From Wujia sp. (GTDB lineage: Bacteria > Bacillota > Clostridia > Lachnospirales > Lachnospiraceae), in NCBI GenBank assembly GCA_051879955.1, contig JBJENA010000078.1, positions 1,618-65,617 of the forward strand: 64,000 nt of DNA. The letters are read 5' to 3'. Positions within the stretch are counted from its first letter, which is position 1; the number at the start of each line of letters is the position of its first letter. The notes under the pieces were generated by a model. It made no database searches and was not told the origin of the DNA. It was given only the letters and a program-made list of their open reading frames with translations. Below are positions 57,309-64,000 of the stretch, piece after piece. A program made the position numbers and the translations under genes.

Positions 57309-58301
57309 CTACAATCCTTTATGCTCTCGCATTTTTTTAATATTTGTTAAAAATAATTCCTTCAACTTACTGTCATAATTGCTTCCAATTTTCTTTAGCG
57401 ATTCATTTGGCACAAATCCACCCGCCATGGCAGCATGTCCACCACCTGCTCCGATATTCAATAACGTTTTGTATATCAAAATACCTGCATCTGTATCGGA
57501 ACGCTCGCTTCGAACCGAATATTTGATACCCTCCTGGTTCACACTGTAAACGATGGCTACATCAACGACATCCAAAGAAAGAATAAAATCGGAGATAATC
57601 GCAACCAATGACTGCGGACATTCAAACGGAATATTGGTAAATCCAACATCTCCAACCACCTCAATATTCTCAATCGCTGCTCCATAGGCTTTCAAATCTG
57701 CAAATTCAACAGCCGAACTGTACATGCTATTTAATTTCTCCCAATTTGCATACCGGTAAAGAAAACTCAACATATCGATATCGAGTTGTGTCGTTCCACG
57801 AATCAAATCTGCAGTATCCATCTTGATTCCGTATGCCAATGCTGTCGCAACATCCGAATCCATCTCGATACCTGCCTCCTGAAAATAGGACGCAACAATA
57901 CTAGAGCATGCTCCCGTCATACGAATATCCTGATACTTGTAATCATCTGTCTTAATAAAAATCGGATGATGATCCACACAAGCCACCTCATTGCCCGGCA
58001 AATCTGTCGTATTTGCGTTTGGTTTTTGGCAATCCACATTCACGATATAATCCTTTGTTTTCATGTCAGCAATTTCGTCATAGCTGTAGAGTTTGATGCC
58101 AAAGGTTTCCATCATTTTTCTTGTATTGAACCGGTCAATACTTCCTACATAACAAATCGTTGAAGCAATATCAAAATGCTCCAAATATTTCTGTAAGCCA
58201 AACGCACTGGCAATTGCATCCGGGTCCGGAAAATTATGGGTCTGTAAGAACACCCGGCGTCCCTGAAGTAAATCAATTAATTCCTGTTGTTTTGCAGCCA
58301 A
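57309..58301 (-). CDS. DHH/DHHA1 family phosphoesterase
   Basis: HNFPDPDAIAS, VDC, VDHH, GIKMDT, GGGHAAMAGG motifs; TTG start with AGGAGG RBS. Confidence 0.92.
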   Translation of the reverse strand: MAAKQQELIDLLQGRRVFLQTHNFPDPDAIASAFGLQKYLEHFDIASTICYVGSIDRFNTRKMMETFGIKLYSYDEIADMKTKDYIVNVDCQKPNANTTDLPGNEVACVDHHPIFIKTDDYKYQDIRMTGACSSIVASYFQEAGIEMDSDVATALAYGIKMDTADLIRGTTQLDIDMLSFLYRYANWEKLNSMYSSAVEFADLKAYGAAIENIEVVGDVGFTNIPFECPQSLVAIISDFILSLDVVDVAIVYSVNQEGIKYSVRSERSDTDAGILIYKTLLNIGAGGGHAAMAGGFVPNESLKKIGSNYDSKLKELFLTNIKKMREHKGL

Positions 58302-58332
58302 TTTTATCCTCCTGTATCAAACATGTGCTATA

Positions 58333-58473
58333 CTAGCAATTACAGCACAAAAGAATATACGCCATAATCAATAAAATCGTGATAAATAAAAACTCAAAAA
58401 AACCACTGATAAAGCACGACAATATCATGCCAATTGCAATAAATAAAAAGGCAAAGCCCAACAAGCCCCTCAT
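58333..58473 (-). CDS. Unannotated 46-aa two-TM microprotein with Cys-rich C-terminus
   Basis: MRGLLGFAFLFIAIGMILSCFISGFFEFLFITILLIMAYILLCCNC*; GAGGT RBS; fills an otherwise empty gap; below the ORF-track size cut-off. Confidence 0.75.
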   Translation of the reverse strand: MRGLLGFAFLFIAIGMILSCFISGFFEFLFITILLIMAYILLCCNC

Positions 58474-58538
58474 ACATACCTCTTACAATGACTCTTTAAT
58501 TCATTGTATGTGCATGGCAGACTGACAAGACTCACTTT

Positions 58539-58943
58539 TTAGATATCTTCCTCCTTGGACAAACTCTCAATCGCTTCCTGCACCTCAGAATCATCCTCAT
58601 CCTTCTTGTTCAATAATGCTCCGACCTTATCCACAAGATCCGGTATCATATCTAACACCTTGCTGACCGTATCTCCCTGCTTTACAGGTATCATCTTTGC
58701 GTGTCCATTTTGGATTACCAACACTGCGGTTGGTGACATCTTTCCACCCATTCCACCACCTGCACTGTTGGATGCATTCTTCGCAAATGCTCCTGCTCCT
58801 ACACCAAAGTTCACATCAACCAAAGGAAGAATAATTGTATCTCCTACCTTTGTTGGTTCTCCTACCACTGTCTTTGTAGTTAGCAAAGAATCCATCCCCT
58901 TAAACAGGGAACCTACTGTCTGATTAAAATCACTTGCCATCAT
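58539..58943 (-). CDS. YtfJ/GerW family protein
   Basis: TKTVVGEP..IILPLVDVNFGVGAG..GGGMGGKMSPTAVLVI. Confidence 0.9.
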   Translation of the reverse strand: MMASDFNQTVGSLFKGMDSLLTTKTVVGEPTKVGDTIILPLVDVNFGVGAGAFAKNASNSAGGGMGGKMSPTAVLVIQNGHAKMIPVKQGDTVSKVLDMIPDLVDKVGALLNKKDEDDSEVQEAIESLSKEEDI

Positions 58944-58965
58944 TCATACCTCCTAAACTCTATGT

Positions 58966-60003
58966 TTATCCTTTCATAACTCTTTTTGCCGCTTTCAAAG
59001 TGCGCCAGATATTCACATTTAATACAATCCGAGCCAGATAGCCTATTGTGAAAGCTCCGCGCAGTTTTATGTCTAATTCCAAAACCTTCTGATAAAAATC
59101 CGGTTCCAGACTCAAATTTTTTTGATACACGATTGGAACCAAACTCATATAGCCGGTTATCTGACCTGTCTTACAGGGATCTCCAAATCCATAATGTATG
59201 CGTCCACTGATTTTTCTTGGCAACAAGTGTTTGAACACACCCGGAATATAACGTTTTAGATATGCCCTTGTTTTGACTGTACATTTCAGATTCCAAAACT
59301 TTTGAAGCCGTCGCAGTTTTTTCTGCATAACATTCGTTTTTTCCTCAAGCTTCTCCATCACTTTGTCCGGAGTATGGGATTCTAAGAAATCATAGATTGC
59401 TTTTAGTTTATCCCAAATGCGCAAAATTACTATACGTATAGAATCTCGTTTTTTTGTTTTCTTCTTTTTTGAAGAAGCTTCCTCTTTTTCATCCTCCTCG
59501 AAACAATCAAAGGGCTGTAACCTTTCTACGATATCGTCCGTTTCTTCTACGTGTTCGACTTTCTCAACCGCTTCGGTTTCTTCTGCGCTTTCGGCTTCCT
59601 CAACCTCTTCGGTTTTTTCTACTACTTCTTCGGTTTCTTCTTCGACAATCTCTCGAGGGGATTCGTGTGTATTTTCCCGGATTTCTTCCTGCCCGTTTTC
59701 CCGGATGTCATCCATTTCTGTTTCTTCTGACACTTTACTCTTTTTCCTTCCAAACCGTATTCCGAAAATCCGAATCGTCTGTTCGAGCTTCTGCGTCATC
59801 TGGTCAAAGCACAGGCGAAATGACACACATAAAAAGCGAACCTTCACATCTGCATGTACACTCTTACCTCCCTGGTAGGAAACTGCTGCCCGATATCGAA
59901 TCGGTGAACATAAAACCAACACGATAAGTATTAGAGCAAATCCCAATATTCCCAGAAGAATCCATAATATGATTTTCAATATCATCCACAAAACATGAAG
60001 CAT
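58966..60003 (-). CDS. DUF2953-type membrane protein with acidic linker
   Basis: N-terminal TM; C-terminal YGFGDPCKTG..LEPDF; usual partner of ytfJ. Confidence 0.75.
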   Translation of the reverse strand: MLHVLWMILKIILWILLGILGFALILIVLVLCSPIRYRAAVSYQGGKSVHADVKVRFLCVSFRLCFDQMTQKLEQTIRIFGIRFGRKKSKVSEETEMDDIRENGQEEIRENTHESPREIVEEETEEVVEKTEEVEEAESAEETEAVEKVEHVEETDDIVERLQPFDCFEEDEKEEASSKKKKTKKRDSIRIVILRIWDKLKAIYDFLESHTPDKVMEKLEEKTNVMQKKLRRLQKFWNLKCTVKTRAYLKRYIPGVFKHLLPRKISGRIHYGFGDPCKTGQITGYMSLVPIVYQKNLSLEPDFYQKVLELDIKLRGAFTIGYLARIVLNVNIWRTLKAAKRVMKG

Positions 60004-60011
60004 TGTATCTC

Positions 60012-60353
60012 CTACTTTCCTGTTTTTTGCAGGAAAAATTGATTTGCATCCAGATTTTCACCCATGCAATCATACATATCCTGTACGATTTCCAACACCA
60101 ATTGTGCGGCATCTTCTTTTCGCTTTGCCATACCGACAACCACGATTTCATCCCAAAACTGCCGATAAAACTTTTGTTGCAGCTGGCTATATGCATAGAT
60201 TTCAAACAAACCTGACTCTACGATGGTGCCCGAAAAAGGCAACACAATCAGATACAATTGACGAACCTTTTTTTCATGCAAAAGCTTCTTTGTCAGTTGC
60301 TCACACTTTTTTCGGTTTATATCATATGTGTATACACCATCTACTATCTTCAC
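60012..60353 (-). CDS. Hypothetical protein
   Basis: Co-oriented, tightly packed ORF within the operon. Confidence 0.7.
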   Translation of the reverse strand: MKIVDGVYTYDINRKKCEQLTKKLLHEKKVRQLYLIVLPFSGTIVESGLFEIYAYSQLQQKFYRQFWDEIVVVGMAKRKEDAAQLVLEIVQDMYDCMGENLDANQFFLQKTGK

Positions 60354-60355
60354 AG

Positions 60356-61759
60356 CTACTCCTCAATGATCTCACAAATCAATTTATTACAAGCAATTAA
60401 TTCACTGTCATCCTTACAATTCTGAATGACATAGTCAAAATAATCTTTGATTTCCTGTTGTGTATTCATGAATATAGGCATGGCCGCAAGCAATTTGCTC
60501 ATCATACCACGCGAAACCTTTTTCTGACGTGATGAAAGCTCGTCCTTTATCTGTGCTGACAAGGTAGTTTGCAACTGTGTGATATATTCATGATCTGCAA
60601 CACCTGTTCCTTCCTGCGTCTGTTGTAAATCTACAAACAAACTGGTAGAAAGCAACATCGATGCCTTTTCCAAACGGTCCCAATCTTCTTCTAACTGTGC
60701 ATTTGCTATCACATCTCGGCCATCTAACCGGATATCATCCATCATGGTTTCCAATATCATTATACCTTCATAAATACGCTCCTGCACACCCTCGATAGTG
60801 AAAAACTCATCCATAATACTTTCCGGAAGTTCTTCTGTGGAACTTACCGGTACACAAGCCTGAAAGATTTTGCATGCAGCCACATATCCCGGAACTGCTT
60901 CACAATTTCTCTCATGACTACCATCTTTCGTCAATAAAATTGTGTAGATATCATTTATGGTTTCCTGAAGAAGCATAAATGCGGATGCCTCATTGTTGAT
61001 GATATCTGCTGCCTGTTGTAAACGATTCGTCAAATCTTCAAACTGTTCCTGATTTAAAGCAGCATAATCAGCTTCCTCCAAATCATGATAAACCTGATAT
61101 AAAAATGGATATTCTGACTCAAATCCCTCCGGCTTTTTAAGCAATATGGTACTGCGAAGCATGTCTGCAAATTCATCGACAGAACATATCTCTCCACCCT
61201 CATAAATCTTTAATGTATTTGCCAAAATATCCAAAAACTTATTTTTGGTCATACGTACCGGAAGCTGACCCATCAAAAGCTGCAGCTTACTGTTCACCAC
61301 AACCGTATCATCCTCTGAAAAAACATATCGAAACATCTTTTCAGACAAATCCGAAGCATCAACCGGTGTAAGCACGCCTGTCACCTGGGCCTCCACGCGG
61401 TTTAAAACATATTCATACAACTCATATCCATCGGTAAATGCAGTCAGGATATGCATCTTATATTCCACCTTATTACGCAGCTTGTCAATCACATCCAAGG
61501 ATTCCTGTGATACCGCTTCCTGCTTGCAAAGATGCTTTTCGAGCAGTTGCGTCAATGTCTTGTAAAATCTACATACATCCATATCTGCATCCTGCTGTTC
61601 TTCGCAAACTTCTTTCATGGTGTAATAGTTCATACAACCTTTTACTGTCGCATAGCAATTGTATTGCTGCTTCAGCAAGGAAATATATTCCGGAATATCT
61701 TTACCCGGTTCTTTTTTTCTTTGAATATCTGTTACCAGCTTCTTACATGTAGCTATCAT
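60356..61759 (-). CDS. Hypothetical acidic, probably helical protein (467 aa)
   Basis: Long ORF with GGGAG RBS; no family recognised. Confidence 0.85.
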   Translation of the reverse strand: MIATCKKLVTDIQRKKEPGKDIPEYISLLKQQYNCYATVKGCMNYYTMKEVCEEQQDADMDVCRFYKTLTQLLEKHLCKQEAVSQESLDVIDKLRNKVEYKMHILTAFTDGYELYEYVLNRVEAQVTGVLTPVDASDLSEKMFRYVFSEDDTVVVNSKLQLLMGQLPVRMTKNKFLDILANTLKIYEGGEICSVDEFADMLRSTILLKKPEGFESEYPFLYQVYHDLEEADYAALNQEQFEDLTNRLQQAADIINNEASAFMLLQETINDIYTILLTKDGSHERNCEAVPGYVAACKIFQACVPVSSTEELPESIMDEFFTIEGVQERIYEGIMILETMMDDIRLDGRDVIANAQLEEDWDRLEKASMLLSTSLFVDLQQTQEGTGVADHEYITQLQTTLSAQIKDELSSRQKKVSRGMMSKLLAAMPIFMNTQQEIKDYFDYVIQNCKDDSELIACNKLICEIIEE

Positions 61760-61806
61760 CGTTTTCTCCCTTTCCGTCTTCTGTCATATAGCTGTTTTCT
61801 TCCGTA

Positions 61807-62730
61807 TTATTTTACGTGCTCATGTGTAAAGAGATGCTCATTACAGTATTCATACGCACCATTACACTTTGAACAATACCGAAATTCCAGGGTGGAATCA
61901 TCAAGCTCCGTACGACCACAAACCGCACATTTATGTTTTGGCTTACCCACTTCGCCTTTTTGAACATTTTTTCTTCTCTGCGCTTCGTCATTTACCTGCT
62001 GGGAAAGCATTTGCATCCGACGTTCATACTCTTTCTGACGTTTCTTCTGCGCTGATTTACTATTACTTCCCCTCATACCTACTCCTCGTCCCATGATGAG
62101 GTAAAAAATGAAGAAATTCAGCAAATATGCAACAATGGAACCACGATTCAACAAAGACCCGGCATTGACAAATTCGTATGCCATCATCAACATATCAAGC
62201 ACCGCAATCCAGAATGCCCGGATTGGCAATACAAACATAAACAGAACAGTCGAATCTGAATACATCAATGCAAATCCAAGGAAGATACCGTAATCAAAAT
62301 AATACATTGCAAGGATACCCGGATTGGCAAGCCCAAAGAGCATAAATTCCGCACTGGAAAGTGTTGCAAAATAAAACAGACTGATTCCAAGCATGATAAT
62401 CGTATTCCATGCCCAGCAACCAAACACATAGATATTGAACATAAAGGTGCCCATCGCCTGTTCAATATATCGACCAAACAAAATCAAGCAAAAAATCATT
62501 AATATGCCGATAAAACTGATTTCTCCGGGTGGCGAAAAAATCCAGGTAAACAATCTCCAATATTGATGATTTACCAATATTTCGTATGGCGAAAAAATCA
62601 GATTTGACGCAAAATCCGGCATAAACGCCCATAAGAAATATCCAATTGCCATTACCACTGCCATCTTAACCGGCAGATTCTTCACAGAATATTTTCCGTA
62701 CTTTCGTTCCAACTTTGCAAAAAAGCTCAC
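61807..62730 (-). CDS. Rhomboid/Derlin-like membrane protein with C-terminal Cys/His Zn finger
   Basis: QYWRLFTW (WR motif), about 6 TMs, HKCAVCGRTE..YCSKC..YCNEHLFTHEH. Confidence 0.75.
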   Translation of the reverse strand: MSFFAKLERKYGKYSVKNLPVKMAVVMAIGYFLWAFMPDFASNLIFSPYEILVNHQYWRLFTWIFSPPGEISFIGILMIFCLILFGRYIEQAMGTFMFNIYVFGCWAWNTIIMLGISLFYFATLSSAEFMLFGLANPGILAMYYFDYGIFLGFALMYSDSTVLFMFVLPIRAFWIAVLDMLMMAYEFVNAGSLLNRGSIVAYLLNFFIFYLIMGRGVGMRGSNSKSAQKKRQKEYERRMQMLSQQVNDEAQRRKNVQKGEVGKPKHKCAVCGRTELDDSTLEFRYCSKCNGAYEYCNEHLFTHEHVK

Positions 62731-62788
62731 AATCCTAACCTCTTTTTCTTTATTTTACATCGTATTTTTCATGACATAATCATTGTTT

Positions 62789-62817
62789 ATTATAGCCCAT
62801 TCCCATTGAAAACACAA
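62789..62817 (-). promoter_or_regulatory. SigA promoter of the rhomboid-like operon
   Basis: TTGTGT-N17-TATAAT. Confidence 0.55.
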
Positions 62818-62819
62818 CC

Positions 62820-62866
62820 AAAAAAAGAATGTGTCGCCTTCCATTTTTCTATGGATTGCGACACAT
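62820..62866 (-). terminator. Intrinsic terminator after the LysM gene
   Basis: ATGTGTCGC..TCCAT..ATGGA..GCGACACAT followed by TCTTTTTTT. Confidence 0.8.
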
Positions 62867-62869
62867 AAA

Positions 62870-63202
62870 TTACTTTGGGGGAATGCGTATAATGGTTCCA
62901 TACGGAACGGAAATGTCATACAATTCTTTGTTATATTCCATAATCTTATGGATATCACTCTCAAGATGCGATACAAGCGTTCCAAGTGTTTCTCCGGTTT
63001 TTACTGTATAATACCTTCGCTCCTCTTCTTCGTAGAGCTGAGTCGGAACACAAATCTCATCCCCTTCCTGCAAGTTATATACATTCACATATGGATTTTC
63101 CTTCAAAATATCAATGAGTCTGATCCCATATAGTTTTGCTATTTTATACAACGTATCTCCCTGTACTACCTTATGCTTCATTCCTCTACATTCCTGTTCC
63201 AT
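62870..63202 (-). CDS. Double-LysM protein (spore coat/SafA-like N-terminus)
   Basis: HKVVQGDTLYKIA..ENP..NLQEGDEICVP; YYTVKTGETL..GTIIRIP. Confidence 0.88.
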   Translation of the reverse strand: MEQECRGMKHKVVQGDTLYKIAKLYGIRLIDILKENPYVNVYNLQEGDEICVPTQLYEEEERRYYTVKTGETLGTLVSHLESDIHKIMEYNKELYDISVPYGTIIRIPPK

Positions 63203-63229
63203 AACAACCTCAAAAATCTCTTTATATCT

Positions 63230-63256
63230 ATTGTATGCAACTTTCTTTTTTTTGTG
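63230..63256 (-). promoter_or_regulatory. SigK-like (mother-cell sporulation) promoter of the LysM gene
   Basis: AC-N16-CATACAAT matches the SigK consensus AC-N16-CATAnnnT. Confidence 0.55.
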
Positions 63257-63298
63257 TTGAAAACATGTATTCTTTCCTATATAATGTGTTTTGTCGAA
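63257..63298 (+). promoter_or_regulatory. SigA promoter of the activase gene with a Spo0A box at the start site
   Basis: TTGAAA-N17-TATAAT (63257-63285); TGTCGAA at 63292-63298. Confidence 0.65.
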
Positions 63299-63334
63299 TT
63301 TTGATAAAAGATGAGTAAAGAGGTAAACATCAAG

Positions 63335-64000
63335 ATGAAAAGATTAGGAATTGACATTGGTTCTACAACCGTTAAGGTTGCTGTAATCAACGAAAAACAT
63401 GAAATTTTATTTTCAGAGTACAAAAGACATTTTGCAAACATAAAAGAAACCTTAAAAGAATTGGTTGATCTTGCAATTGAAACCATCGGCGATACGGAGG
63501 TAGCTCCTACTATCACCGGATCCGGTGGTTTGGCCTTGGCACAGGTTATCCATATTCCATTTGAACAGGAGGTAGTCTGTGTATCAGAGGCCTTGACAGA
63601 CTATGCCCCACAGACAGATGTTGCCATCGAACTTGGTGGTGAAGATGCCAAAATCATTTACTTTACCAATGGTGTGGAACAGCGTATGAACGGAGTGTGT
63701 GCAGGTGGAACCGGATCCTTTATTGATCAGATGGCTTCCCTTCTTCAAACAGATGCTTCCGGACTGAACAGCTACGCAAAGGACTACGATACCATCTATC
63801 CGATTGCAGCACGTTGCGGTGTATTTGCAAAAACGGATATCCAGCCATTGATCAACGAAGGCGCTTCCAAACCAAATCTTGCTGCATCCATCTTCCAGGC
63901 GGTTGTGAATCAGACGATCAGTGGACTTGCATGCGGTAAGCCTATCAAGGGAAATGTTGCATTTCTTGGTGGTCCTCTTCACTTTTTGGATCAATTACGG
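63335..64000 (+). CDS. 2-hydroxyacyl-CoA dehydratase activase-related (BadF/BadG/BcrA/BcrD ATPase) protein, 5' part
   Basis: Not in the ORF track (no stop in window). Translation MKRLGIDIGSTTVK..TGSGG..IELGGEDAK..RMNGVCAGGTGSFIDQMA..IAARCGVFAKTDIQPLINEG; GAGGT RBS. Confidence 0.93.
   Translation, partial: MKRLGIDIGSTTVKVAVINEKHEILFSEYKRHFANIKETLKELVDLAIETIGDTEVAPTITGSGGLALAQVIHIPFEQEVVCVSEALTDYAPQTDVAIELGGEDAKIIYFTNGVEQRMNGVCAGGTGSFIDQMASLLQTDASGLNSYAKDYDTIYPIAARCGVFAKTDIQPLINEGASKPNLAASIFQAVVNQTISGLACGKPIKGNVAFLGGPLHFLDQLR

Noticed and set aside
58302-58538. Possible 6S RNA or other ncRNA in the ytfJ-DHH gap
   Set aside because: No long rod-like self-complementarity; the gap is explained by a 46-codon ORF with an RBS.
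63584-63994. 136-aa minus-strand ORF
   Set aside because: Antisense to the real plus-strand activase gene that runs off the window.

Overview
Chromosomal window from a motile, probably spore-forming Clostridia/Lachnospiraceae-like bacterium; the taxon is inferred from gene families and gene order. Almost every gene is on the minus strand. Reading in the direction of transcription (right to left): a LysM gene with a SigK-like promoter; an uncharacterised operon (pseudo-rhomboid with Zn finger, two hypotheticals, DUF2953, YtfJ/GerW); an unannotated 46-aa membrane microprotein; DHH phosphoesterase + small alarmone synthetase + flavin reductase; comM-dprA-topA; a ~34 kb flgB-to-fliA flagellar/chemotaxis cluster with no codY in front; rpsB-tsf; a ~10 kb accessory block (MCP, HAD, heterodimeric ABC exporter, choice-of-anchor-A surface protein, GHL10-ChW hydrolase); and rimP-nusA-ylxR-ylxQ-infB-rbfA. 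A CoA-substrate activase gene starts on the plus strand at the right edge. I found no tRNA, rRNA, CRISPR or mobile element. The best candidate for an undescribed system is a two-hairpin RNA element with periodic GA motifs between the TIGR02530 'flagellar operon protein' gene and flgE. That protein combines an export-like FxxxL N-terminus with an 'FSKHAxxRxxxRxI' motif resembling BECR/DUF4258 RNA-acting folds, which suggests post-transcriptional control of hook synthesis. This is a hypothesis and no searches were run.
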